A stretch of 64,000 nt of DNA from positions 130,409-194,408 of the IMG/VR virus record IMGVR_UViG_3300005611_001698, one strand, 5' to 3'. The notes beneath the pieces were generated by a model that did no database searches, was not told the DNA's origin, and saw nothing but the letters and a program-made list of their open reading frames with translations. The DNA is from a virus (taxonomy: Duplodnaviria; Caudoviricetes). Below are positions 11,601 through 21,145 of this stretch, one piece after another. The translations under genes were made by a program, and so were the position numbers. Numbering within the stretch: position 1 is the stretch's first letter; every line of letters begins with the position of its first letter.

Positions 11601-14600
11601 CTCCATCAGAAGATGTATATGATGTTGATTCTGGTTTTTCTGTAAGATTAAATTTGAATATCGTCGTACCGATACCAGTTGGGTATTCATCCACTTGATA
11701 TGAACTGTTGATAACTCCGATATTGTTAGCAGAGTCTTGCTCAGTATCAATCAATATTTCAGTTTTTGATGTTGGTGCAATATCAACATTAATAGGTGTA
11801 AACTTATAATACAAGTTGTTCGGAACGAGAGAATTAGTTCTCAAACTAATGACAGCTGGATCTGTAACTCCAATCGTTCCTATCCCACTTACTTCAAAAT
11901 TTCTTGATAGTCCAGTAGTTTTAAACTCATTTCTAAAATATGGGTCAGTATAGAAGTTCAACTTAAAAGCTGAAAATGTTGATCCAGAGGAAGTAACTGA
12001 TAGAGATGTGTCCGTAACAGCAAAAGATACTGTATTACCTCTTACAACTTCAATTTTTGGATTTATTTTTGAGATAAAGTGTTCTCCAGATCCAGTGCCA
12101 CCAATAGAGATTGGTGTTGGATTTGGTCCAAGCGAATCAACTTTGTTTGCTGCTAGTTTAATATTATTTGAATCAATTTCAATGGCATAATACATCCTTT
12201 GATCGGTTAAACCAGTTGGAGCAGATCCTCCTGTTGTATAAACAATCTTATCACCACTTATCAAATCATGATTCTGAATATTAATCGTGTCAGTGGATGT
12301 TGTGATTGCAGATGGTTCGAACTTCTTTCTATCAAATACGATTCTTCTGTTATAATCATTAAATTGAACAAACACGGTTTGCGTGTTATTTGGAAGTGGG
12401 ACAAGTCTAATATTATCTTGGAAACTTAGTCCATGAGGTTCTTCTGTGGTCAGAGTTGCTTCATATACATTTACATCAGCAGTAATTGGTCTATTTACTT
12501 TTTTAAAGCTATGTGTTACACCAGAACCAACAGATGTAAATGAAAGTTGGATTGCTGTTGATCCTAAACCAACAAAAGAACCTGTAGATCCTAACCCAAC
12601 CTTAGTTGTTGAAATACCAAGAAGATCAGTAGAGTTTTTAATTGCATATACAGTTAACTGATCAGAGAGTACAAAAGTTCCAATACCGTCAGATACTTCA
12701 ATCGAAGTTCCTCCACCATTAGAATAAATCAACTCATCACCAGTATTAAATGAGTGATTAGGAATTAAAATAGTATTGATTGGTATGATCTTACTTGTAT
12801 AAGCAGTTCCTGGTTGATAGTTAGTATTTTCTTGAAGGTGTGGAGGAGCAATATTATTAATCTTATGATATGAAATCGTAGTTCCAACACCAACAACAGC
12901 GGTGGTTCCAAGTCCAACTACTTCTGATGGATCAAAATATCTCTGGAAAGTTGGTGGATTACCAATATACGTATTAAATCCAACTCTGAAACTAAAGGTG
13001 CTTTGAAATTCAATGGCAATTGTTCCCGCAGAATAAGCAGTTCCGACAGTTCCGTTGTGATTTCTTTGAACTCTCATTACAGAGTTAAGAGGATCAACAT
13101 TCAAAACTTTCAATTGCTCAAGGTTTTCAGCAGAAACTCCAATACCAATGATTGTATTTTCTCTTACATAAAGAGGATCATATGGACCAGAAAGCGCGAT
13201 GTTGGTTGTTAATCCAGTATTTGCTGGTGTATCCAGATACTGCTCTAAAGTCCAAATTCTTTGAGGATTGAAAATATTTTTAGTGCCATTTAAGTTGGCA
13301 TATGATTGCGTGGATAATCCAGAAACAACTACTCTGTTCTTGTTTTCAAAATTGTGTGGAGAGGTGCAATATCCAATAGCAAGACCACCACCAACAAATA
13401 ATTCTGCATTCTCAGATGTTATCGTCGATGAAGCTATTGAAACTATTTCTTTACCTCTAATTCTACCTACACTTATTCTAGATTGTCTTCCATATTTTGG
13501 TTGACCATCCAAATATACAATATCACCACTCTTATAACTGGTTCCAGCAGAAACAATATCAAAATCAGTAATCTCACCTCTTCTTGTAGATTCAATTACA
13601 GAAATCTGCCTTTCATCTTTTAAAGAACTATTGATGTATTCATTAAACCCATAAACATCACTTGTTTTTGATGGCTTAGTATTTCTGATCAACGTCGAAT
13701 ATTCATAATCAATTTGATTGATCTGTCTATTGTAGTTAAAAGTATCTGGTTTTGATTTAAAAGTATCTCCGATTACATATGGGAACTGTGGCCTCTTATA
13801 GTTTTTAAAACTACCATCACTATCAACTTGTCCAGGATTTACTGTGGTAAAATATGCATAAACACCATCTGGATAATCTGGGGTCTTTGTAAATCTTCCA
13901 TTGTGTTCATCAAGATCTCCATTGTCAGTAAATGAATAGTCCTCGACAAAAAATCCATTTGAAAAACCTGGTGGTCTATCTGGACTTGGATTTAACTCAT
14001 ATCCAGATTCCATCGCCTTAATAGGACCACCTTCAATATTGTTATAACCATATGGACCATAAATCGGATGTCCATCAAAGGACCATCCAATGATTGGTGA
14101 GTGATTTTTTGAATCTACTTCAAGACCATTTTGTTTGATCAAATCGAAAGTGTCTACACCATAATTTGGATTTCCACTCTCATTTCTACTATAAATGATC
14201 TCTCTAAGCGCCCTGGGAGCACTTAGAGACGAATAAGAACCCTTTGAGTATTGATTTGTGCTTCTAGACAAAATACCATCATCTACACTCAATTTTCTTC
14301 TCTTTTTCTCAAATTCGTTTACATTCCATCTTCTAATCGAAACTCTTGCTTTTGCTCCAATTCCCGTTGGAATAACCTCGACAAAAGTTGTGCTGGTTGT
14401 AAATCCAGATCCACCATTATTTACTTTAACTGAAGTTATAGATCCATTTGTTATAACAGGAGTTAAACTTGCATCTTTACCAGATCCAGATATTTTTAAA
14501 GTTGGGGATGAGTTGTAACCATATCCACCATTTAGAACAAAGACTTCTGATATCCTACCACCCTGAATAATAGGTTTGAGTTGTGCAGAACTTCCATTCT

Positions 14601-17600
14601 CAAATGTTATTAAAGATTGACGCTCAAAATTTAAAATATCGGAACATCCATATCCAATACCACCCTTTTCCAGATTAATCTTATAAATGCTTCCTCTAAA
14701 GTTCGGTTTAACAGTTGATTGGAAGGCAATATTGTTAGTGGTTCCAATACCAATATTGCCAGAAATATTAACTGCTATTTGTGGATAGTTAAAGATGTGA
14801 GTTCCACCAGTTCCAACACTTTGTAGATCAACAAATATTTTGTTATCAAAGTTATAATAAGATGCTGTTGTGCCAATACCGGCGGATGATAACTTAAAGG
14901 ATCCATCATCAACTTTGGTAACCAAATAGTTCTGGTCAGTTGTTAACCCACTGATTTGAGATCCTTCATATTGATATTTGATGATTTCTCCTGTGGAAAA
15001 CCCATGATCAATAAAATTAATCTGATCTTTACTTGTATTAATACCAGAAGAGGACACTCTAATTTGATTATTTGAATATCCAGATCCACCAGACTCTACT
15101 GATATTGATGAAAGTATGTTTTTCTTTTTAACCGAAGTGAAATATTGATTACCTGATCCAAATGTAGTAATATTAATCGTACCAACTCCTGCCAAAGCAG
15201 ATTTTTGATCACGGTGTAAAGTAATCTCAGTAAGAGATTTAGCATTTACATAATAGATAGAGTTATTTGAAAGATATGCATCTCTTATTTGAGATCCAAC
15301 TGTACTACCAATACCAATAGGTGTTTGTGAATTTGAGTTATAAACAACTCCATCGCCATCTCTAAGGCGATGATATGTGCTGAATCCAATTACATTTGTA
15401 GATGTGGAAATATAACTTGCTCCTGCACTCACATCAGTAAAAACTACCGTGTTTTCTGATCTAAGATTTGCTTTTGCCTTTGCACCTTTTCCATTTCCAC
15501 CAGATATAGTGATTATTGGTTCAGAAATAAAATCATATCCACTATCAATAACCTCAATAGAATCCAGAGAACCACGCACAGAAGCAGTTGCTGTTGCACC
15601 AGTTCCAACAGAATCTGAGATTATAATATTCGGTGGATTAATAATATCGTAATTTGATCCACCAGATAAAACTTTTACACCAGTTAAGTTGCCATAATAA
15701 CAGTAATCATTTGATTTATAACTTAAAATATCAACACCATTAATAAAAACTCCAACATTTCCAGGATTCGTTTTTACTTTATTTTCTGGAGTTTCAATGA
15801 AAACTGGAATTTTTCTAACTCCATATGAAGAATCTAGTTGATATTCATAAGAGTTGATCGGATATATTACTTGATTACTTGCAATACCACTAACATTAAC
15901 AAAGGCATTATTAAAAATATCTGCTTTGGATTCGGATAATTTAAAATTACTTGGATCAACTCTTTTCACAAAATATCTACCCTCAATCAAATCTCCAAGA
16001 TTTCTGACTGTGGTAATGGCAACCGGTTCTCCATATCCAGTTAATAACTCTACAAATTTGTCTGGCTGATAATAAACCTCATCACCAGTGTAAAGACCAT
16101 GATCTGGATAGTTAATGGTATCTCCACTTACAATGTAAGGTGAGGTTGCACTATTTCCATTATCCGTAAGGACAATATTTTCACTTTTAACATTAATTGG
16201 ATTCTGATATGACGGTAAAGAGTGTGACGCAAAATAAACAGAGTCGTTCTCATCATAAAAAGATTTAATGACATTAGATGGCAAATAGTTTACACCATCA
16301 TTTTGAGAACTTACCTTTCTGATAAGTCTTCGTACATCTCCACCAAGTTGCGGATCAAATCCAGATAAACCAGAAACATCAAAAATAAAATCAGAGATAA
16401 TATTATTGACCACACCACTTGTTTCTAATCCTCTTGTTGTTATAACTTGAATAGAATCTCCAATTTGAAATCCATGAGGTTCAAAACTTTCAATCTGATA
16501 AAGGGAGATAATATTTGGGTTTTGTCCAAGTTGATTTTGATTTAAAATACGTGATGTTTTGATTTTAAATCTACATGTCTCATTATGAATCAAAGAGTCC
16601 ATAACTTTGTTGGACTTTGCATAACCGAGAGATTGGTTTTTGATTACATCACCAGGCGTAAAATATGGCGTATCAATATCCGTTGCCTTTATTTTATATC
16701 TACCAAGAGAACCTTTGATTTTAAATTCATATTCTGTATCATCATCGAGAACTACATACGAACTCGTATTTTCAAATACCTCTTGCTGATCAATGATAAT
16801 ATCTGTAACACCGTCAATATCTAAAAACTGAGTTGTATTTTTAGAGGAATATGTTACAATACCAGACTCTCCAGATTGATATCTTACTAAAAGTTCCCCA
16901 GTCTTAGGAAACCCAATTGTTGACTCAACATCAAAAAATGTAGATCCAGAACCAATGTTTCCAACTATTTTGGTTTGTTTGTCTATCTTGAAATCCCCGT
17001 AAACAGATCCAAATGTATTTGTATCTTTATTTTCGACAAAATCAATATCAATCAGATAAAAAGTTTTATCTTCTCTAAAAATTCTTTCAATATCTACAAT
17101 CGAACCATATGATGTAATATTACCATTTCCATCTCTTTGATAAAGGGTTCTTGCAATAAGACCAGACAAATATTGTTGTGATATATCAACTTGACCTGGA
17201 AGAGGTTCTGCACATAGTCTAATAACTCTTCTATAAGAAGCATCAGATGGAATGAACAGATTATCTTGTGGTTTTAAAACTTCAACCTCATCATTATATA
17301 AAGCTCTAAAAAGAATCTCAAAAGAATCTGGTGTTCCCTTTGATTTGTAAAAATCTACTGCTTGTTTTATAAAATTAGATGGTCTTAAACCTTTATATAA
17401 ATCTACTTCTTCAAGACCAGGTAAAAACTGTGCTTTGATTTTTTTGAAAAACTCTTTTAAAAATAAAGATGAAAGATTAAGTACCTGATCATCTTCAAAA
17501 TGCTCACTTGCATTTGTATCTTCAAAGATTAGTTCATCGGGACCATTGTTGCTATGATAACTTGTGATGCCACTAAAACCCCTGATACATCCAGTAAAAG

Positions 17601-17931
17601 ATGTATTTGTTTTTCCAGTATATGAAATAATCTCATTATTGATCTTTAAAAGTCCATATTGATCTGGCCAACCAGAAGTATCGCCAACATTAATTGTCGT
17701 ATCACTAAAACTGACGTTAGAAGTTGCAGTTGTAGACCCAATGATTGAGGTGTAAGTTCCTACCTTAACATATTGATCAATGTTTTCCAGAATATTTACT
17801 GGACCACCTTGATACTCTTGTGACTTATAATATGTTTTAAGAAAATCCCCTGCTCCCTGAAGTTCAGAACCAAGAAAAATAGGAAGTTGATTTTCAACAA
17901 CCGACTGGATTTTAACTCTTTTTTCTAACAT
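5662..17931 (-). CDS. gp7: Giant baseplate wedge initiator gp7 (4089 aa)
   Basis: N-terminal NQLP..FLKTYY, FYKSKGT..SFEILFRALY; many GxGY..P repeats; DLDEHNGRF motif; located between gp6 and gp8. Confidence 0.8.
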   Translation of the reverse strand: MLEKRVKIQSVVENQLPIFLGSELQGAGDFLKTYYKSQEYQGGPVNILENIDQYVKVGTYTSIIGSTTATSNVSFSDTTINVGDTSGWPDQYGLLKINNEIISYTGKTNTSFTGCIRGFSGITSYHSNNGPDELIFEDTNASEHFEDDQVLNLSSLFLKEFFKKIKAQFLPGLEEVDLYKGLRPSNFIKQAVDFYKSKGTPDSFEILFRALYNDEVEVLKPQDNLFIPSDASYRRVIRLCAEPLPGQVDISQQYLSGLIARTLYQRDGNGNITSYGSIVDIERIFREDKTFYLIDIDFVENKDTNTFGSVYGDFKIDKQTKIVGNIGSGSTFFDVESTIGFPKTGELLVRYQSGESGIVTYSSKNTTQFLDIDGVTDIIIDQQEVFENTSSYVVLDDDTEYEFKIKGSLGRYKIKATDIDTPYFTPGDVIKNQSLGYAKSNKVMDSLIHNETCRFKIKTSRILNQNQLGQNPNIISLYQIESFEPHGFQIGDSIQVITTRGLETSGVVNNIISDFIFDVSGLSGFDPQLGGDVRRLIRKVSSQNDGVNYLPSNVIKSFYDENDSVYFASHSLPSYQNPINVKSENIVLTDNGNSATSPYIVSGDTINYPDHGLYTGDEVYYQPDKFVELLTGYGEPVAITTVRNLGDLIEGRYFVKRVDPSNFKLSESKADIFNNAFVNVSGIASNQVIYPINSYEYQLDSSYGVRKIPVFIETPENKVKTNPGNVGVFINGVDILSYKSNDYCYYGNLTGVKVLSGGSNYDIINPPNIIISDSVGTGATATASVRGSLDSIEVIDSGYDFISEPIITISGGNGKGAKAKANLRSENTVVFTDVSAGASYISTSTNVIGFSTYHRLRDGDGVVYNSNSQTPIGIGSTVGSQIRDAYLSNNSIYYVNAKSLTEITLHRDQKSALAGVGTINITTFGSGNQYFTSVKKKNILSSISVESGGSGYSNNQIRVSSSGINTSKDQINFIDHGFSTGEIIKYQYEGSQISGLTTDQNYLVTKVDDGSFKLSSAGIGTTASYYNFDNKIFVDLQSVGTGGTHIFNYPQIAVNISGNIGIGTTNNIAFQSTVKPNFRGSIYKINLEKGGIGYGCSDILNFERQSLITFENGSSAQLKPIIQGGRISEVFVLNGGYGYNSSPTLKISGSGKDASLTPVITNGSITSVKVNNGGSGFTTSTTFVEVIPTGIGAKARVSIRRWNVNEFEKKRRKLSVDDGILSRSTNQYSKGSYSSLSAPRALREIIYSRNESGNPNYGVDTFDLIKQNGLEVDSKNHSPIIGWSFDGHPIYGPYGYNNIEGGPIKAMESGYELNPSPDRPPGFSNGFFVEDYSFTDNGDLDEHNGRFTKTPDYPDGVYAYFTTVNPGQVDSDGSFKNYKRPQFPYVIGDTFKSKPDTFNYNRQINQIDYEYSTLIRNTKPSKTSDVYGFNEYINSSLKDERQISVIESTRRGEITDFDIVSAGTSYKSGDIVYLDGQPKYGRQSRISVGRIRGKEIVSIASSTITSENAELFVGGGLAIGYCTSPHNFENKNRVVVSGLSTQSYANLNGTKNIFNPQRIWTLEQYLDTPANTGLTTNIALSGPYDPLYVRENTIIGIGVSAENLEQLKVLNVDPLNSVMRVQRNHNGTVGTAYSAGTIAIEFQSTFSFRVGFNTYIGNPPTFQRYFDPSEVVGLGTTAVVGVGTTISYHKINNIAPPHLQENTNYQPGTAYTSKIIPINTILIPNHSFNTGDELIYSNGGGTSIEVSDGIGTFVLSDQLTVYAIKNSTDLLGISTTKVGLGSTGSFVGLGSTAIQLSFTSVGSGVTHSFKKVNRPITADVNVYEATLTTEEPHGLSFQDNIRLVPLPNNTQTVFVQFNDYNRRIVFDRKKFEPSAITTSTDTINIQNHDLISGDKIVYTTGGSAPTGLTDQRMYYAIEIDSNNIKLAANKVDSLGPNPTPISIGGTGSGEHFISKINPKIEVVRGNTVSFAVTDTSLSVTSSGSTFSAFKLNFYTDPYFRNEFKTTGLSRNFEVSGIGTIGVTDPAVISLRTNSLVPNNLYYKFTPINVDIAPTSKTEILIDTEQDSANNIGVINSSYQVDEYPTGIGTTIFKFNLTEKPESTSYTSSDGEFYYTHKSENATGPIDSINIKNSNVNYENLPGITSIASTTGSNALIRLNGTMGSISRTRTKNNGYNYSFDPTLKVIANTPEILRVEELSSFESIGISSGGNGYNIAPNLVVIDTITNKKIENVILQAEVRNGSVSKVNIKENAKNLSDTNPSIITINNSNGVGINTVGFNTITKEVTLQLNVGFSTVGSFPFSVGNKIFVEGVGIASTGSGYNSVDYNYKFFEITNIDANIGGIGSVTYKLDANVSNPGTYSTVRSSGRVIPFEDFPVFNPVLKKNDFSIGEEVVITNINEQKYGKVSTWDNANKILKINCNKEILTGDDIKGLGSGTIAKVSDKINVDSLYDIEAAPPVIKGWEKDTGKPSTNEQRLIDSDYYQYFSYSLKSKIAYDTWNDIVSSMDHTIGFKKFSDLQIESRDETFKSVGISSSNIELLLDLISEVETYCRYDFDLVSETNKFISGSFFSDEILTSTIALTDYEESVGNRVLSIDNFSDEFNNTPRATRYSIIDTFPLAGTRYRKYFLMTEDTQFLGERRMQIVELLLDDGINGYIQEYAIVNGPSDLNGYFDFQALGSEGQLLFYPQKYDTNNYDIHGLVYNIDRDTHSAVGLSTLVGVTTIGDIVEISARGCQISAGSTAVNIVGFPTASFDASHKFMIQMDTNHTHEVVDLNILHNNNEVYGVEYGNIGDADLNITSSPNIGTFGSNISGGVLYINFTPSSDYVGAAVTFNILKTSFLSGVSTVGVATISLTNGDLRAQYTNVPSSGSPGITTIANFGNNTTVDEDGAYVIIHLHDVTNDRYELVEGIFLSDTDGITYQTLFGSVDDDSDNLNTGIGTIGSNSVGGKYNVVYTPPVSTNVIAKTFVTSAAHVKGGVEQINYIDIQDTRIEGIEGTYTNTQADVRRAFGLFHGGDPIFVKSFDASDSLIVDTNNDLVVLPNHFFTSGERLTYNPTGTGNTSAIGIATTTISGYGSTDKLPDYVYAIKIDDKSIRLAATPEDALASASGNYLDLTTVGIGTSHTFTAQDQNTKCIIALDNNIQDPVIPGNIEHTLIEDMSFGGQFIRLSGVSSFFGGDLLKVEDEFMRVDQVGFGSTNVLLVKRAWMGTGLSTHPSGTLVEKYEGSYNIVDNTINFYTAPNGIQPPEDATDPDEIDWTGIQTSSTFQGRTFLRNGVVGSSTHTYATNYLFDSISPQLTGVGKTFAIKQDEANVSGFSTNHAFILINDIAQIPSQGSRINDFAFTENAGITSIVFSGFGASVSNDVNTGSVPVGGVIVSVGSTQGFGYQPLVAAGGTANISGFGTVTSISIGNSGSGYRSGIATLNGIVQELTYNVGLRTTDLDTVDVVSIGTATISNGNVVGVSITNPGTGYTFSNPPIVVFDNPTPYTRIPLIYHPDSPGTQIGTNAYVDIQVSLGSSVTNFEIINSGYGYKDGEILTIPSGGITGIPTDSTVGAGFSEFRINIDRVDSDKFTGWRFGDLDVLDKLDPFFDGETKVFTLKKEEVSVSIRAARGSLIDIEQTILVFFNNVLQEPGIAYQFSGGSNITFAEAPKVGDTCSILFYKGTGDIDVVSKDIIETIKVGDTVRITSGDDLNSFAFEQESRFVTGINTSDRFNTNLYSGVGLTTDITIQRPMIWCKQQEDLFFDGQSVTKDRILYEANIFPETHIIKPVGLGSTEIWVDNVLPFFDSYNESLEDAKQIIDIFEQGSKIAAAATAVISGFGTVLSISVTNSGLGYTATPLVSIANSVGFGSDTRATASASITGTAVTSITVTNAGAGYTFTNPPVVLISPPIFDKEEMTGVEYSGDFGVITGIATTSVGLASTGIVFDLLIPNDSPLRSSAYVGPSGIQTITNIAAGYPFVVFDSNIGNGVTSLDLGGSVLGIGTTFLDNVYEAVSVSIATTEAVGFGATYVAKVTVSVQDYNSLTGLGYSDFFGRYSWGKLRNFTRAGVAKSFTPELNDGFTGISTGPVVLRKTPLKSVGYLT

Positions 17932-19829
17932 TATCGCGTAATTTTATTATTGGAGAAACTGGAAGAAACAGTGTATCTCGATCCAGATACGTCAGCGCCA
18001 GAGGATATGGTGTCTGAAATGACACTTATGTTACTCTTACTTATATCTAGTTGCAAAAATAAATCCTGTAATCCGATAACATCATTTGAATATGGAACTG
18101 CCTGAACCTCAATGATTGGGAAATCAGATTCAAATTTTGATGTACCAATGATCTTAATTGGATTTAAAAGTATCTCTCCTCGCTCATAATCAACTGTTCC
18201 GACATTTCTTCTTAAAACTTGCATTTCAGTTTCAGAAAGAGATCTTATAAGATTAATAACACCGGTTTTCATATTTGCATCTGGGACATCTGAAAAGAAT
18301 ACCTCTCCAGAATAACCCTCTACATAAAATCCACTAGTTTTAATATTCACACCATCACCAATGTAAAATCTATTACCAAAACAAAGTTCATAATCTGCAA
18401 AAGAGTTAATGACTGGCCTTAAATCTCTTCTCATCACAATACTTGTAATATTTGATGTGATTGAAGAATCGCAATCATCAATAACTCTTAAAAGTTTGCT
18501 ATATTTCAATCTTGCGCCATAACTATTCAGTTCAGTTGTTTTTGAATAAGTTTCAAGACACTCAGTTACCTTAGTCTTGAGTGATGATGCTGATGGAAAC
18601 TGATTTGAGTTATAATATACATTTGAAGTGAGTTCAACATAAAGATATTTCAAATCAATAATTTGAGGAACAATTCCAGCAACTGTATGTCTTTTTAATT
18701 TCGCAATAATATCAGATTTTACAAAGTTTGAAAGATATGCACCATTTTTTGGTTTGATTGCAATAAAAACTCTTCCATATTGTGGTGGATTAAGTTCTTC
18801 ACCACCAAAAGCAGATACAGATTCAGATTCTGGAAAAACTTGTTTCGTCAAAACTTCATAATCCTGAGATGTAACTGCTCTATTCTGCGATGCATACTTT
18901 AATGGAGCATATTTTCTTACAGAATCAACACTTTCAATATTACCACCACCCGTAGATGGATTAGTTAACGAAATTGCTGAAACACCAGTTGTTACAACAC
19001 GATCATCATTATCCACAAGTCTTCCTGCAAATGAAAAGTTTCTGACACCATTTGCATCTGGACCATTTGTGATAATATAAGTTGCTGTAACGACATTTCC
19101 GTTTTCTAAACGATTACCAAAAACTCCATCTCCAAAAAGAAGTTCATATTTTTCATCTGCTGCTTCTTGTAACAGATAGATTTTTGAAGTTCCTGTTACA
19201 TCAATGATACTTTGAGCTAATTCATACTTAACTGAGGAAAGATCAAACTCACTCTCTTTAACTTGAACAACTAATGTTGAAGTATCAGTATTTGCATTTG
19301 GAATGACAAATCTTTGATCAATATTTGACGTATCTACTGTAAATGTCTTTGATAAAAATGTTCCTTCATAAATCTCAATATCATTAAAGAATGCTGCGTC
19401 ATTTACAACAGGAACAGTGATATTTTCTGGGATGCAGAAAGTATAGTTAGATCCTCCAAAACTGTCTGAGACCGCCACCAGACCCGCTCTAAGGGTCATT
19501 GTCGTTGGGTTAGTAGTCAGAGTACTGGTGTCAACAAAAAAACTTACCGTTGCCTTTGATGCTTTTTTAGATGATGGTAAATATCCAATATTTCGTGCAA
19601 GAGATACCACATTCTCTCTTAATGTGGCACTATCAATAAACACTTCATTTGCCACCATGTTGGCATTGTATGAAGTGATATATGTGTTATATGCTAAGAT
19701 ATCAATCAGAACTGATAGGTTTGATCCTTCAAAATCAAAATCCGTGAAATTAGAATTTGAACGTAGATAATCTTTTATCTGCGTCTTAATTTGATCAAAA
19801 TCTAAATTGGAGAACTTTGTAAGTGGCAT
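17931..19829 (-). CDS. gp6: Baseplate wedge subunit gp6
   Basis: LDFDQIK..FTDFDFEGSNLSVLIDILAYNT..LRENVVSLARNIGY, FGDGVFG, QNRAVT..DYE. Confidence 0.93.
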   Translation of the reverse strand: MPLTKFSNLDFDQIKTQIKDYLRSNSNFTDFDFEGSNLSVLIDILAYNTYITSYNANMVANEVFIDSATLRENVVSLARNIGYLPSSKKASKATVSFFVDTSTLTTNPTTMTLRAGLVAVSDSFGGSNYTFCIPENITVPVVNDAAFFNDIEIYEGTFLSKTFTVDTSNIDQRFVIPNANTDTSTLVVQVKESEFDLSSVKYELAQSIIDVTGTSKIYLLQEAADEKYELLFGDGVFGNRLENGNVVTATYIITNGPDANGVRNFSFAGRLVDNDDRVVTTGVSAISLTNPSTGGGNIESVDSVRKYAPLKYASQNRAVTSQDYEVLTKQVFPESESVSAFGGEELNPPQYGRVFIAIKPKNGAYLSNFVKSDIIAKLKRHTVAGIVPQIIDLKYLYVELTSNVYYNSNQFPSASSLKTKVTECLETYSKTTELNSYGARLKYSKLLRVIDDCDSSITSNITSIVMRRDLRPVINSFADYELCFGNRFYIGDGVNIKTSGFYVEGYSGEVFFSDVPDANMKTGVINLIRSLSETEMQVLRRNVGTVDYERGEILLNPIKIIGTSKFESDFPIIEVQAVPYSNDVIGLQDLFLQLDISKSNISVISDTISSGADVSGSRYTVSSSFSNNKITR

Positions 19830-20227
19830 TATCTTGTTGATTGAAGAACAAACTCTAATACTTTGGGAGTTCTAGGTTGACCAACAATAAAATACGAAAT
19901 TAAGACGTTATATCCATTATTATCATACTCAGGGGTTACTTCAACTGTATTAATTTCAACTCTTGGTTCAAAATTTTTAATCGTAAGTTCAATATCTTTT
20001 CTGATAATGGTTGCAGTACCAAAATCAAGCAATTCAAAGAGGCTTCTTGATACCCTAGAACCCAAATTTGGTTGAAATGGCCTCTCTCCTAATGATGTTA
20101 ATACTAAATTTCGTATAGAACGCGAAATTGCAGTCTCATTGGACAGCGTGATCACATCATTTGTGATCGGATGCTTCTGAAAAGACAAAGAAATGTCTTT
20201 AAATGCCCGTGAGATCGGCTGCGGCAC
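19829..20227 (-). CDS. gp25: Baseplate wedge subunit gp25 (GPW/gp25 family)
   Basis: FKDISLSF, GERPFQPNLGS, FEPRV; GTG start. Confidence 0.92.
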   Translation of the reverse strand: MPQPISRAFKDISLSFQKHPITNDVITLSNETAISRSIRNLVLTSLGERPFQPNLGSRVSRSLFELLDFGTATIIRKDIELTIKNFEPRVEINTVEVTPEYDNNGYNVLISYFIVGQPRTPKVLEFVLQSTR

Positions 20228-20251
20228 TAGTTATGACTAAAACTTCTGTGT

Positions 20252-20259
20252 TATTTAGA
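20252..20259 (-). promoter_or_regulatory. Late promoter variant (TCTAAATA) upstream of gp25
   Basis: CTAAATA box 25 nt upstream of the gp25 start. Confidence 0.5.
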
Positions 20260-20319
20260 CAGAATTCTGAAGGAATACCGTATGGACTGTAACCATGACT
20301 AAAATGTGAAGGTCCACAT

Positions 20320-20997
20320 TCAAAAATCGGTGCTTCTAATGCCAGAATTTCCTCTTTCGTTGCCAGTTTCCCAAAAATATTCGTCGGTATCGCCCAATCT
20401 ACCCCATCTGACTCCATTTTCAACCTGATAATACCGTGTAGAGACCTTGAAATCGGGCGTAAGAGGCGTTTCGGGAGTGAGTGATAAGTCATAAATTCTC
20501 ATTCTATTGTTTGGATACAGTGCAAATTGCCCATTTTCAAGTTCAATACAGTTATGTGACTTGTGTTCATCGGGAATTTCACTGACATTACAGTTTGTTG
20601 TATCAATATCAGGGTGAAAGTTATCCAAAGTGAACAAATATTCGCCTTTGATATTACCAAAGTTACGTGTTCGAAGTTCAAAATCCATTGATCCAATGAA
20701 TTGTTTCTTAATACATCGAACTCCATAGTCCATACAGTTCCAAAATTGTAGATTTGGTAAATCTAAATCAGGATCTGGTGTCTCTGGACGCGAGAGAAAC
20801 GCGCTAATGGGTAGTTTATCATACATTGCCCCATACTTAGGCAAATAAGTCTCAAAATAAAAAGCACGTCCAGGTATGGACTTTGCCGATACCCAGACGC
20901 CCTCTACAAATTCCCCATAGCCGTCTTGTAAATCTCTCAAATATTCTTTACGAACCCACACTTTTTGTGGTGGGAGATTGACGACTAATTGACTCAT
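20320..20997 (-). CDS. Conserved cyanophage hypothetical protein
   Basis: 225-aa ORF (NLPP..VWVRKEYL, YDKLPISAF, EHKSHN, YPNNR) recognisable as a cyanomyophage family found next to gp25. Confidence 0.7.
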   Translation of the reverse strand: MSQLVVNLPPQKVWVRKEYLRDLQDGYGEFVEGVWVSAKSIPGRAFYFETYLPKYGAMYDKLPISAFLSRPETPDPDLDLPNLQFWNCMDYGVRCIKKQFIGSMDFELRTRNFGNIKGEYLFTLDNFHPDIDTTNCNVSEIPDEHKSHNCIELENGQFALYPNNRMRIYDLSLTPETPLTPDFKVSTRYYQVENGVRWGRLGDTDEYFWETGNERGNSGIRSTDF

Positions 20998-21143
20998 CCT
21001 TTGCCTTGTCCGCGATATTTCTTACGAGCAGAGTTACGAGAGCTCGCAGCATATTTAGTATTTTGTCCATCACCTTGACGAGTCTTTTTTGGATGAGACT
21101 CAATCATGGCTTTACCAGTGAGTGAAGATTTAAGTTTTGCCAT
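20994..21143 (-). CDS. Small basic conserved phage protein (49 aa)
   Basis: MAKLKSSLTGKAMIESHPKKTRQGDGQNTKYAASSRNSARKKYRGQGKG; ATGA overlap with the next gene; below the ORF-track cutoff. Confidence 0.7.
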   Translation of the reverse strand: MAKLKSSLTGKAMIESHPKKTRQGDGQNTKYAASSRNSARKKYRGQGKG

Positions 21144-21145
21144 AA

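Noticed and set aside
6254-16824. Plus-strand ORFs inside structural genes (and similar ones across the window)
   Set aside because: Antisense shadows of long minus-strand genes, with no RBS, promoter or motif support
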